Notes: a model not told the origin generated them from the letters alone. A DNA stretch of 64,000 nucleotides from Cyanobacteria bacterium P01_A01_bin.123 (GCA_039815185.1 JBCBZT010000019.1:32001-96000); one strand, 5' to 3'. Positions 54,456 through 63,326 are shown, counted from the first letter of the stretch. Numbers and translations are program-made.

Positions 54456-54941
54456 TTAAAGGCATTGCTGCGCGGCAGCGATCGCCTCAGTAGCCGTGTT
54501 CACCTGCGAGATTGGCTCAACAGTAAGCGTCTGAAAGCAATCGCCCAAACCGCGATCAATCTGGAGCAAAATGACGGGGCGTTGGGCTTTCAGTGCCAGG
54601 GCAATCTCGGAGGCCGTACCTGCGCCAATGCCACAAGCAATCACAACCTGGCTTGATAGCACGTTAATGTTATTGCGGGCACTCCCCAAATCTGTGATTA
54701 CGGCAATGTCTACGGCCTCTGCACAGTAACGAGCATCACTATCTGGCAAGATCCCCACGGTTAGACCGCCAGCGGCTTTGGCGCCTTGGCTGGCAGCTGC
54801 CATGATCCCGACATTGCGTCCGCCGGTCAGCAGTCCCCATCCTTGCTGGGCGATTTGGTAGCCCAATTCATAGGCGGTTTGACAAAGTTCGGGGGTAGCG
54901 CTTTCCCCCGGCCCCATTACGCCAATCAGGGTTTTAGCCAT
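54456..54941 (-). CDS. TIGR00725 / LOG-like Rossmann-fold protein
   Basis: IGVMG, LLTGG..GIM, TVGILP, ARNNINV, GAGTASE. Confidence 0.88.
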   Translation of the reverse strand: MAKTLIGVMGPGESATPELCQTAYELGYQIAQQGWGLLTGGRNVGIMAAASQGAKAAGGLTVGILPDSDARYCAEAVDIAVITDLGSARNNINVLSSQVVIACGIGAGTASEIALALKAQRPVILLQIDRGLGDCFQTLTVEPISQVNTATEAIAAAQQCL

Positions 54942-55100
54942 GGTTGTCTCCTCCGCTACAAAATTCGCTAAATGATAAAAAACTTGATTCTCCCCCCCAT
55001 TCCGGGCTAGGTCGATTAAATTGTGTAAATGGCCTTGGGCACTTATGCCTGCTCAGGGGAATCAAAGTCATAGGTAACCGCAGCGATTATTTTTGAGCCT

Positions 55101-57134
55101 GTGCGATTTTCAGTGCAATTCAACCCGATTAACCTAGTCCAACGTCAGTCCTGGCGATTTTTTCAGAGCAAGGCGAGCCAGCCTGACAGGCAAAACTCTC
55201 CAGAGCAGACAGCTTTAAGTTATTTCCAAACCCAGAATTGGCGTTTTGCTTGTGGAGAAAACGCCAGTTCTCAACCCGCACGAGGTTTAGAACAGCCCAC
55301 TTTAAAGCAGTCAGTTGAACCCGGAAGACGGCTTTTTCCGGCCTTCAAGTGGGCATCTGCATTGATGTTGGGGGGCATTATTTGGTTGGGTATTTCACCG
55401 TCTGCTGCGGCGTTAGAACGGCTGCGCGTGCGGGTTGGCCCGATTACCCAAATTCTGGAACTCTCGGACTTGGAAACCTTTGCTCAGACTGGAGAGGTGC
55501 CATCCCGATTGCAAATCTACAGCACGCTCTTGACGCCAGAAATCCGGGCAATGCTACAAAATCGGCTGGCCTTAGATCCAGCTGTGGGCGATCGCATTAT
55601 TGATGACATCCTTGATTCTCCCAACGGTGAGTTGCTGCTGGATACGCTGGCGAGCATTACGCCTGATGTGTCGATGGAGCAATTGCGGCAAGCGGTACAA
55701 GATGCCGCACAAAATGAAACCGGGTTTAATGTATTGGCGCTGCTGCGCGCAATTCCGGAAGACACTGTAGAGATAGATCTCAGCGCTGCGATCGCGCTGA
55801 TTTCCCAACTCAACTTATCGCGCTTTGAAAGCCAAGCCCTAAGCCGGGTACTCGAAGCCGAACTAGAACCCGCTGCTGCTGAGACATTCACCGCCCCCTT
55901 TGACCCTACTCAACCGGGGACAGAGACGGTCAACCTGTGGGAAATCCAGATGCGCGACTTCGATCGCGATCGCACTATCCCCGTCGATGTCTACTGGAGC
56001 GACAATACCCGAGGGCCATTGGTGATGATCTCCCATGGGTTTGGAGCCGATCGCCGATTCTTGGCCTACCTGGCCCAGCATATTGCATCCCATGGGTTTA
56101 CCGTAGTGGCCCTAGAGCATCCAGGGAGCAATGTAGAAGCGCTGGTAGGAACCCCCCTTGACCCCAGAGCCAGCCAAGAACCCAGCCGCATTCTGCCCGC
56201 CACAGAGTTTCTCGATCGCCCCCGAGATGCAACCTTTGTGCTGGACGAGTTAGCACGGCTCAACCAGCATTCGCTTTCCCTGCGGGGCAAGCTTAATACC
56301 GAGAATGTTAGCTTTATGGGCCATTCTCTGGGCGGCTATACCGGATTAGCCCTGGCAGGAGCGCAGCTAGATTTGAGCCAATTGCAGACATTTTGTGCCA
56401 ATTTGGTGCCTGTGGGGCTTTCCCCAGCGGATTGGTTGCAGTGTGCCGCTGTCGAATTGCCGCAGACCGTGACTGATCTCAGCGATCGGCGTATCCAACA
56501 AGTGGTCGCGATGAATCCGCTGACGGGGGCACTGTTTGGCCCAGCTGGGTTGAGTGCCGTCACCATACCGACCCTGATTTTGACCAGCACCAACGACAGC
56601 GTAACACCTATTGTTGATCAGCAACTCAGACCGTTTGATCAGTTGACTGGGCAAAAATATCTGGTGGCTGTTATCGGCGGCACTCATCTCAGCGTGGGAG
56701 ACCCCAACAACCTGAATCCAGCGCTGAGCCAAGTGCCGTTTATGCCAGAGCTGCGGGGTGAAGAAACCGCTAGCTTGCGACGGTACCTCCAGGGCACTCT
56801 ACTTAGCTTTGTGCAGCAACAAACCGATAAGGCTGAAGCCTACAGCACGTTTTTGACGCCAGGGTATGCCCAGCACCTTTCCACAGAGCTTCTACCCATT
56901 CGGTTAACGACTGAGGTACCTAGCAGCATGACTGATTGGCTTCAGGTGAGCCGTAGCGGTGCAAACGAACCCCGCTCATCTTTTGGGACACTGGCCTCGA
57001 CACTACATCTCGGCTCTATCAATGTGCGGCATCGCGTTGGTCGCCTGCAACGCTACGCGTTGGCCTATTTGCGGTTAAATACATCATCGCTAATTGTCTT
57101 TCACGTGCCGATGCGATTTCCTCGACAGGGGTGA
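55101..57134 (+). CDS. alpha/beta hydrolase with a DUF1400-like N-terminal domain (true start probably downstream)
   Basis: ISHGFG, EHPGS, DRPRD, GHSLGG, GGTHLS. Confidence 0.88.
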   Translation: MRFSVQFNPINLVQRQSWRFFQSKASQPDRQNSPEQTALSYFQTQNWRFACGENASSQPARGLEQPTLKQSVEPGRRLFPAFKWASALMLGGIIWLGISPSAAALERLRVRVGPITQILELSDLETFAQTGEVPSRLQIYSTLLTPEIRAMLQNRLALDPAVGDRIIDDILDSPNGELLLDTLASITPDVSMEQLRQAVQDAAQNETGFNVLALLRAIPEDTVEIDLSAAIALISQLNLSRFESQALSRVLEAELEPAAAETFTAPFDPTQPGTETVNLWEIQMRDFDRDRTIPVDVYWSDNTRGPLVMISHGFGADRRFLAYLAQHIASHGFTVVALEHPGSNVEALVGTPLDPRASQEPSRILPATEFLDRPRDATFVLDELARLNQHSLSLRGKLNTENVSFMGHSLGGYTGLALAGAQLDLSQLQTFCANLVPVGLSPADWLQCAAVELPQTVTDLSDRRIQQVVAMNPLTGALFGPAGLSAVTIPTLILTSTNDSVTPIVDQQLRPFDQLTGQKYLVAVIGGTHLSVGDPNNLNPALSQVPFMPELRGEETASLRRYLQGTLLSFVQQQTDKAEAYSTFLTPGYAQHLSTELLPIRLTTEVPSSMTDWLQVSRSGANEPRSSFGTLASTLHLGSINVRHRVGRLQRYALAYLRLNTSSLIVFHVPMRFPRQG

Positions 57135-57251
57135 TAGGCACTTGAGTTGCGTCAGTGTTCTACCTTTGAGACTGCCGCAGCAGTATCCATGCGGCAAAAA
57201 TAGTTGTGCCCCAAGATCGATTGATCTGCCCTGATGCTAAAGAGCCCCTGC

Positions 57252-57548
57252 TTAAATCAAAGCAGATATATCTTCACCGCAGGTATCTGCCAAGTAGCAA
57301 AGGGCTCTAAACCTCAGACCAACAAACTCTTCGTAGAGCGGATTGAGCTTGCACAACGGGGGAATATGGGCAACTTTACGACCGAGGATTCGAATGTCTC
57401 GCTCGAATGGGCATTGACCAGGAATCAGGCTTGCAAACAATCGAGCCGACTTGGCACTGTGGATTGAGATGTGATCGATGCGGTGTCGGAGATATTTGAG
57501 AAGGCTGTTTGTGTTTCGTTGTGGTGCTTCCAGGGAATAGCTCATCAT
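57252..57548 (-). CDS. Mo-dependent nitrogenase C-terminal domain family small protein
   Basis: IPGQCPFERDI...HIPPLCKLNPLYEEFVGLRFRALCYLAD.CGEDIS. Confidence 0.9.
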   Translation of the reverse strand: MMSYSLEAPQRNTNSLLKYLRHRIDHISIHSAKSARLFASLIPGQCPFERDIRILGRKVAHIPPLCKLNPLYEEFVGLRFRALCYLADTCGEDISALI

Positions 57549-57796
57549 ACATACCTCAGGCGATTTACAAGCCGGTTAGTCAATTCCTCTTGAGTTTTGG
57601 CTAATCAACACAGCTAGGCTTGTGAGTGCTGCGTTAATTAAGGAAACAGCTTGCCCCTATGGTTTCCCAGGTTTTATCTGGTGTGCTTCGTCAAGTCAAT
57701 AATTGATTGTGATCACTGGGTGGTTGTGATTTGATGTCCCCACTATCGCGAAAATATCCAGCAGAAAACATCCCGAAAAATTGAGTTTTGTTCAGG

Positions 57797-57901
57797 TATA
57801 GCGGTAGCCACAAAGCTTTGTGCGCTACCGCGAGCCAGATTGCTTGTGGACTAAGCATCTTGGCGATACTCGGTGCATTAAGCAATCTGGCCAGCGCTAT
57901 A
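57797..57901 (+). mobile_element. family B ~105-bp element, copy 3
   Basis: Perfect TATAGCG/CGCTATA ends; flanked by TTTGTTCAGG and TTTATTCAGG. Confidence 0.88.
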
Positions 57902-58185
57902 TTTATTCAGGTTTATTCAGGGCTTGGCAAGAAGGTGCTGCAAACGTTAGTTCAACACCCTGCGATTGCCATTCGGATTGCCGCGATTGAGGGCTGGGAG
58001 CAGAGGAAATGAGGGATTAGGATTCACCCACCTACCCTAGAGCGAAACGCTCGGACAGCCTGAGGAGCCTGATTTTCGATAGCTGCACACTCGGCTAGGG
58101 CAGAAAGAGGGGCTGCATCCTACTTTTAGGGGCAGGGAAACAACGCGGTATTGAATCAGAGTAATCGCACTATGGCAGTTACCAA

Positions 58186-58374
58186 TCAAGGCCGGTTAGT
58201 TTTGAGTTCAAAGCTGTGCCGCGTGGATCGCTGAACTTCTTGATATTTGGCAGTGCCATCCATAGTAGAGTAGCGCACACCACAAAGTACCCATAACGCA
58301 ATAACCCAGAGGGACAGCAGCATAACACTATTGCAAATAATGCGTTTTTGGCAGAAGGTATGGTGGCTAAGCAT
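58186..58374 (-). CDS. small single-TM hypothetical protein
   Basis: 62 aa with one hydrophobic helix; GAGG RBS; upstream region homologous to that of the 57252-57548 gene. Confidence 0.5.
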   Translation of the reverse strand: MLSHHTFCQKRIICNSVMLLSLWVIALWVLCGVRYSTMDGTAKYQEVQRSTRHSFELKTNRP

Positions 58375-58765
58375 GACAGAACCTCAGGGTAAGGGGGAGA
58401 GAGTTACGTCAACATAAGAGCTTGGCAATGGGGAGTGTTCAGCATTTTGTGTCGAACGTCACTAAGAGACTTAGGGGATACCATTAATGTCTACATTCGA
58501 GATGGCAATGGTTTCACAACTTGTGAGCAAAAGTTATTGGTTGCGATACCTCCATCATCGCGACAATTCCCAACAAAAAACATCCTGAAAAGTTAAGGTT
58601 TATTCAGGTTTATTCACAGCTACCAGCTTTGACTAGATTGGAGCCACAACAGCCGCTTTGAGCTGACGACACGACATGCGGCTTCTTCCTCTGAGGGCTA
58701 CCAGGGGTCACTTGATGCCGTTGAGTAGTTGCCGCGCGGACAGCTATCTCATCACTGTTACGGGC

Positions 58766-59395
58766 TCAAGATTCTTCTACTGCAAACGAAGATTGGAGTG
58801 ATATGGATCCTTCACGGTGCAGTATTAAAAACCGATCAACTAAAGCCTTAGCAGTCTGTAACCGCGTCGGAGACTCAGCTTGTGCGATCCAAACGGCAAG
58901 ATGCTCTAAGGCACCATTCATCATCATTGCAAACCCTTCAACATCTGAGATTGTTAATTCTCCTGCATCAACCACAGCCTGGATGGCACTCAGAAGCGAA
59001 CCATAACCGTACTGGCGATCAAATGTGGCTAGGGTCTCTGCATCTAATACCGCTGGCGCTTCGATCAGCACGAGTCGCCGAATGTCTTCACGTTGAACAA
59101 TATCTAAAAAAGCATGGCTCCCTTGGACTAACTGATCCCAAGGCGTTTCATATTTTTGGGCTTGGGTTTCAATATGCTGAGCGATTTCAATAAAGGTTTC
59201 TTCGATCACGACCCGAAAAACACCCTGTTTATCTCCAAATTGGTGATACAGCGCGCCGCGTGTAATTCCTAAATCCGCAATCATTGACTCAGTTCCAGTG
59301 GCGGCATAGCCCTGAGTAGCAAAGCATCGTCGAGCCTGGTTGAGAATCGCCCGACGGGTCCGGGTCGTTTGTTCTGCCTTGGTAATTTTTCCCAT
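58766..59395 (-). CDS. TetR/AcrR family transcriptional regulator
   Basis: FATQGYAAT...GITRGALYHQFGDK helix-turn-helix. Confidence 0.93.
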   Translation of the reverse strand: MGKITKAEQTTRTRRAILNQARRCFATQGYAATGTESMIADLGITRGALYHQFGDKQGVFRVVIEETFIEIAQHIETQAQKYETPWDQLVQGSHAFLDIVQREDIRRLVLIEAPAVLDAETLATFDRQYGYGSLLSAIQAVVDAGELTISDVEGFAMMMNGALEHLAVWIAQAESPTRLQTAKALVDRFLILHREGSISLQSSFAVEES

Positions 59396-59398
59396 CAC

Positions 59399-59447
59399 TT
59401 GACATACAGACTGTATGAATCTATCTTAAATACATACAGATTGTATC
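59399..59447 (+). promoter_or_regulatory. sigma70-type promoter overlapped by two TetR-type operators
   Basis: TTGACA-17bp-TATCTT; palindromes CATACAGACTGTATG (59403-59417) and CATACAGATTGTATC (59433-59447). Confidence 0.8.
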
Positions 59448-59481
59448 TTTTTTGAGTTCAGCTCAGCAATTGGAGGCTTTT

Positions 59482-60225
59482 ATGGCAAAGCAGACTGTAA
59501 ATGAAGAAACTGCACCCCATCTGCAAGCATCAAAACCCTTTGGAAATCACAGCAAGCATCCAAGTCAGGTAAACCTGCGCACCCGAAAGGCGACAATTGC
59601 GGACATTCCCTTTCTGGCAACAATTGAGTATGAAGCTTCCTTGCCGCCGTTGAATCACTGCTTTTTGGATGATATTTTGCCAGGAACCAACACTGACACG
59701 CTACAGTTCATTGAAGCAATGCTCAGGGCTGATGCTTCAAACTGGGGCAATGTAGATGATTTCTTAGTTCTAGAAGAAGCGGGTCAACCTGTCGCTGCCG
59801 CGACTGGGTTTACGCCAAGTCTGGGCGATTATCGTCCACTGCGGTTATCCCGGCTTGCGACCATTGCTCAACTGTTGGGATGGTCAAATGAAACCGCTAA
59901 TGCGTTTCGCGATCGCTATGAGGTCGCCTTTGGCTGCGATCGCCACCCGGCTTTCTTTAAGCCCCAAGCACCGTGGATTATTGAAACAGTGGCCGTGGTG
60001 CCAGAGGCACGGGGACGCGGACTCAGCAAAGTTTTGCTGGGGGCATTGCTTGATAAAGGGCGATCGCAGCAGCATTCCCATGCTGGCATCATGGTGATCA
60101 ATGGCAATGATGTCGCCCAACACACCTACGAATCGATTGGCTTTAAGCCCTATCAATCGTTCTTTGCCGAGTATTTCGATAATCAATTTCCAGGTATTAC
60201 TAAGCTTCGACTTCGCCTCAACTAA
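59482..60225 (+). CDS. GNAT family N-acetyltransferase
   Basis: VAVVPEARGRGL, N..A...YESIGF; GGAGG RBS. Confidence 0.9.
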   Translation: MAKQTVNEETAPHLQASKPFGNHSKHPSQVNLRTRKATIADIPFLATIEYEASLPPLNHCFLDDILPGTNTDTLQFIEAMLRADASNWGNVDDFLVLEEAGQPVAAATGFTPSLGDYRPLRLSRLATIAQLLGWSNETANAFRDRYEVAFGCDRHPAFFKPQAPWIIETVAVVPEARGRGLSKVLLGALLDKGRSQQHSHAGIMVINGNDVAQHTYESIGFKPYQSFFAEYFDNQFPGITKLRLRLN

Positions 60226-60268
60226 GCAACAGAATTTTTTCAACTATTCTTCAACAAGGAACAAAGCT

Positions 60269-60670
60269 ATGAATGCGGTACATCCAAACTTGTCTCTTCT
60301 AGAGCGCCTTTTAGACCTGATTCCTAATGACTTAGCCAATGCTAAAACCCTACTGACAGATGATTTCATCTGGCACTATTTCAACCCCGAGCTTCCAGAT
60401 TTAGCAGGTGATTATCCCGGTGTCGATGGTCTTCAAACCTTCTTTCAAAAGCTGGGAGCATTAACCAGCAATACCTTCAGAGTCAAGGTCAACCAAGCCA
60501 TTCCCATCGGGGATGAATTAGTCGTTGTGCATGCCCACCCCATGATGGCGCTTGAAGGCCAATCGTTTGAAACAGATGCGGTGGTCATTTGGCGGGTAGT
60601 TGACAATCGAATTATGGAGGCATGGGATATTCCAGCTATCTACACCATGCACCCGCAGACTCAAGCCTGA
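60269..60670 (+). CDS. SnoaL/NTF2-like protein
   Basis: LTDDFIWH...GDYPGVDG...VWRVVDNRIMEAWD-type pattern. Confidence 0.85.
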   Translation: MNAVHPNLSLLERLLDLIPNDLANAKTLLTDDFIWHYFNPELPDLAGDYPGVDGLQTFFQKLGALTSNTFRVKVNQAIPIGDELVVVHAHPMMALEGQSFETDAVVIWRVVDNRIMEAWDIPAIYTMHPQTQA

Positions 60671-60920
60671 ATCTCAGGTGGCATAATGCTTCATGAGGTT
60701 CTAAATACACCCAATCGGGCAACATTCCTCAAATCATCAATTGAATGGCTGGCAGGCCCATCTGCTCCCTTTCCCCTAGGGCCTTATATCAGTGCTCAGC
60801 AGCCAGATAGTCAGAACCTCTCCTGTGGAATTACATTAAAGCGCCGACGGTCCTCCTCCAAGGGATTGATGCCCGATAGCAGATCTGTGTTCATATAGCT
60901 GCCATGCTCTTCCTATAGAT

Positions 60921-60969
60921 TGCTGGATTTCGTGAGTTCAACCCAGCCCACGGCGAGCGTGCCGCTCGC
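60921..60969. repeat. degenerate REP-like element plus GC hairpin
   Basis: TGCTGGATTTCGTGAGTTCAACCCAGCCCAC resembles TGTTGGGTTTCG..TCAACCCAACCTAC-type REPs; adjacent GCGAGCGTGCCGCTCGC hairpin. Confidence 0.55.
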
Positions 60970-60970
60970 A

Positions 60971-61510
60971 CTACGCTCCAATGCGTAGCGTCATGATTGT
61001 TGATGGCAACGGATCAGTCCCTACTTCTAAAATTGGCCCAGGAGCAATTGCCTCAAAATTAAGCTTTTTATAGAATTTCTGGGCACGATAGTTGGAGTCA
61101 GAAACGCATAGCCATATCCATCTGCGACCTACCTGCCGGGCAACCTCAGATGCATGTTCAAAAAGCATCTTGCCAAGGCCAGTGCCATACTCGCTCGATA
61201 GAATGTATATCTGTTTCAACTCAGATGAATCTCCATCCAGTTGTATTGGACACTGCTGATGTTTAAGGATGTAGTAACCCACAGGTTCGTCTTCGCGATA
61301 GGCGATAATGCAATCAAACTGGTTACTCGATAAAACAGTCGCCGCTTCATCTACTGAGTAGTTCTTGGTGCAATACGCGCGGATATTTTCTGGGCTATGT
61401 ATGTCGCAATACGCTTGCGTGAATGTCTCTATCCACAGATGAACAAGCTCGCCTACTGAAGCTAAGCCAACTGCTTTAAATGCATACATAAAGGGGCTTC
61501 TCTCATACAT
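60971..61510 (-). CDS. GNAT family N-acetyltransferase (PaiA-like)
   Basis: ETFTQAY, ELKQIYI...YGTGLGK, IWLCV...NYRAQKFYKK; alternative start at 61489. Confidence 0.88.
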   Translation of the reverse strand: MYERSPFMYAFKAVGLASVGELVHLWIETFTQAYCDIHSPENIRAYCTKNYSVDEAATVLSSNQFDCIIAYREDEPVGYYILKHQQCPIQLDGDSSELKQIYILSSEYGTGLGKMLFEHASEVARQVGRRWIWLCVSDSNYRAQKFYKKLNFEAIAPGPILEVGTDPLPSTIMTLRIGA

Positions 61511-61519
61511 AAAGGGGCT
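61483..61519. repeat. 16-bp direct repeat (21-bp period) duplicating the start region
   Basis: CATACATAAAGGGGCT at 61483 and 61504. Confidence 0.9.
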
Positions 61520-61596
61520 CCTTTAAATTAGCTCTGCTTCCGTCTACAGGTTTTGTGCCTTCACTCAGCCTATGGCGAGAAAATCGATCTCACTGA

Positions 61597-61771
61597 TTAG
61601 CTTGAGCTACTAATTGTCTGTTGCACAGGAATTTGAATCGCAAATTCTGTTCCCTAATTAAGGCTAGAGAAATACGCCAACTTACCCTGATGTCTTTCGG
61701 TCACAATTTTGATAGCTGATAGACATTCCCATGTCGGTTCCTTGCCCAACTGGTTTAGTTGTGAAAAGGGG
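61597..61771 (-). pseudogene. remnant of a histidine kinase HATPase C-terminus
   Basis: PLFTTKPVGQGTDMGMSISYQ [frameshift] IVTERHQGKLAYFSSLN*GTEFAIQIPVQQ. Confidence 0.85.
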
Positions 61772-61819
61772 TTTGTTGACCTGCCTATAGAAGGGTTAGG
61801 CAAAGCCTTGAAAACAGCG

Positions 61820-61842
61820 AAACCCTCTCACTGAGAGGGTTT
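61820..61842 (-). terminator. terminator hairpin after the tRNA pair
   Basis: AAACCCTCTCA-c-TGAGAGGGTTT. Confidence 0.75.
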
Positions 61843-61850
61843 TAACCAAG

Positions 61851-61922
61851 AGCCCATGACGAGGATTGAACTCGTGACCTCACCCTTACCAAGGGTGTGC
61901 TCTACCACTGAGCCACATGGGC
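61851..61922 (-). tRNA. tRNA-Thr(GGT)
   Basis: GCCCATGTGGCTCAGTGGTAGAGCACACCCTTGGTAAGGGTGAGGTCACGAGTTCAATCCTCGTCATGGGCT cloverleaf. Confidence 0.97.
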
Positions 61923-61928
61923 AAAACG

Positions 61929-62013
61929 TGGTGGGCCGAGCTGGATTCGAACCAGCGTAGGCATAGCCAGCGGATTTACAGTCCGCCCCCATTAACCACT
62001 CGGGCACCGACCC
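61929..62013 (-). tRNA. tRNA-Tyr(GTA), CCA encoded
   Basis: GGGTCGGTGCCCGAGTGGTTAATGGGGGCGGACTGTAAATCCGC...GGTTCGAATCCAGCTCGGCCCACCA, long variable arm. Confidence 0.97.
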
Positions 62014-62119
62014 GCCCATCCACGGATATTGATGTTAGCACAAAATTGCTTCCAACTTAAGGACTTTATCCCCAAGACTTCGGCAATTTTTACGCTCGTC
62101 TGAACGATGTTCAATTCAT

Positions 62120-62233
62120 TCAAGATTTGCGATTCATGGCAGTTACGCCCTGGATTAACAGAACGAGTCCACTGCCGAGAATCAACAGCGCGATCGCAGC
62201 TAAAGCGCCATCTAACCAGATTGAATTTTCCAT
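62120..62233 (-). CDS. 37-aa single-TM small protein
   Basis: MENSIWLDGALAAIALLILGSGLVLLIQGVTAMNRKS; contains a HIP1 site; absent from the ORF track. Confidence 0.65.
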   Translation of the reverse strand: MENSIWLDGALAAIALLILGSGLVLLIQGVTAMNRKS

Positions 62234-62236
62234 CCT

Positions 62237-62309
62237 AAACCACACCCGCTTTGAAAACTTGAGCTTTTAGCTTAACGAAAACTATGGATCTAAATGTAGT
62301 CAAGGGTTA
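62237..62309 (-). repeat. family A repeat directly upstream of the 37-aa ORF
   Basis: Reverse complement TAACCCTTGACTACATTTAGATCCATAGTTTTCGTTAAGCTAAAAGCTCAAGTTTTCAAAGCGGGTGTGGTTT. Confidence 0.82.
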
Positions 62310-62348
62310 TACCGCTAGAACGGGTCAAATTAGGCTGATACGTACGGC

Positions 62349-63326
62349 TTATTCATAACGTTCGTAAGCAGCGACAATGCGCTGCACTAAAGGATGGCGA
62401 ACGACATCTGCCTTAGTCAGTTGGCAAAACGCAATCCCTTCAACATTGGCCAAAATTTTCTGCGCGGCTCCAAGCCCAGATTGCTGATGGCTGGGCAAAT
62501 CAGTTTGGGTGACATCTCCAGTCACCGCCATACGAGATTTGAAACCCAGTCGGGTCAATACCATTTTCATTTGGGCTGGGGTTGTATTTTGAGCTTCATC
62601 GAGAATCACGAAGGCATTATTTAAGGTGCGGCCTCGCATATAGGCTAGGGGTGCAATCTCGATAATGCCGCGCTCCATTAACCCAGGAATTTTTTCTGGA
62701 TCTAAGAGTTCATGTAGGGCATCGTAGAGTGGTCTGAGGTAAGGATTAACCTTTTGTTGTAGATCGCCCGGCAGAAAACCCAGCTTTTCCCCTGCCTCTA
62801 CAGCAGGGCGGGTCAAAATCAGACGCTCATACTCATTATTGAGTAAGGCTTGCACCGCAACCATCGCCGCCAAGAATGTTTTGCCTGTCCCAGCAGGGCC
62901 AGCACAAAAAACAAGATCATATTTGCGTAAGGCACTAATGTATTGTTTTTGGCGAAAGGTTTTAGCGCGAATAGTTTCGCCCCGTCGGGTACGGGCTACC
63001 GAGTCGCCATAAAGACTTTGCAGGTCTTCAACGCGCTGAGTATCAACAGCTTGAGACGCGGTCATAATATCTGCGGCGGTAATATTATGGCCTTGACTCC
63101 AGAGGGGCTCTAACGCTTTGACAAGCTGTTTAGATCGTTGAATCTGAGTATCGGTGCCAGAAAACAAAAGGGCTTGGCCCCGCAACGCGACCAAAGCCCC
63201 AGTTTTCTGTGCTATCAACTTAAGATTTTCGTCTTTGTGACCTGCGATCGCGATCGCGCTTTCAGCACTTGGCAGATCCAAGGTCACTGCATTTCCCATG
63301 GCAGCAGCATCAGAAAAAGCCATCAA
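62349..63326 (-). CDS. phoH: PhoH family ATPase
   Basis: GPAGTGKT, TRPAVEAGE.LGFLPG, YMRGRTL, LDEAQN, VVRHPLV. Confidence 0.95.
   Translation of the reverse strand: MMAFSDAAAMGNAVTLDLPSAESAIAIAGHKDENLKLIAQKTGALVALRGQALLFSGTDTQIQRSKQLVKALEPLWSQGHNITAADIMTASQAVDTQRVEDLQSLYGDSVARTRRGETIRAKTFRQKQYISALRKYDLVFCAGPAGTGKTFLAAMVAVQALLNNEYERLILTRPAVEAGEKLGFLPGDLQQKVNPYLRPLYDALHELLDPEKIPGLMERGIIEIAPLAYMRGRTLNNAFVILDEAQNTTPAQMKMVLTRLGFKSRMAVTGDVTQTDLPSHQQSGLGAAQKILANVEGIAFCQLTKADVVRHPLVQRIVAAYERYE

Noticed and set aside
57252..57548. Evidence for nitrogen fixation
   Set aside because: The domain name is historical; no nif structural genes are in the window.
57691..58012. Short ORFs 57691-57885 and 57788-58012 (also 50649-50855)
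   Set aside because: They read through the family B repeat and have no independent coding support.
58043..58066. Hammerhead-like CGAAAC and CTGAGGA motifs
   Set aside because: Only about 11 nt separate them, too short to form stems I and III, and no matching stem II.
57200..61922. att-site duplication of the tRNA-Thr 3' end, or an integrase
   Set aside because: No second copy of the tRNA end and no recombinase found by eye.
61828..62019. 63-aa ORF
   Set aside because: It is a spurious translation of the tRNA-Tyr and tRNA-Thr genes.
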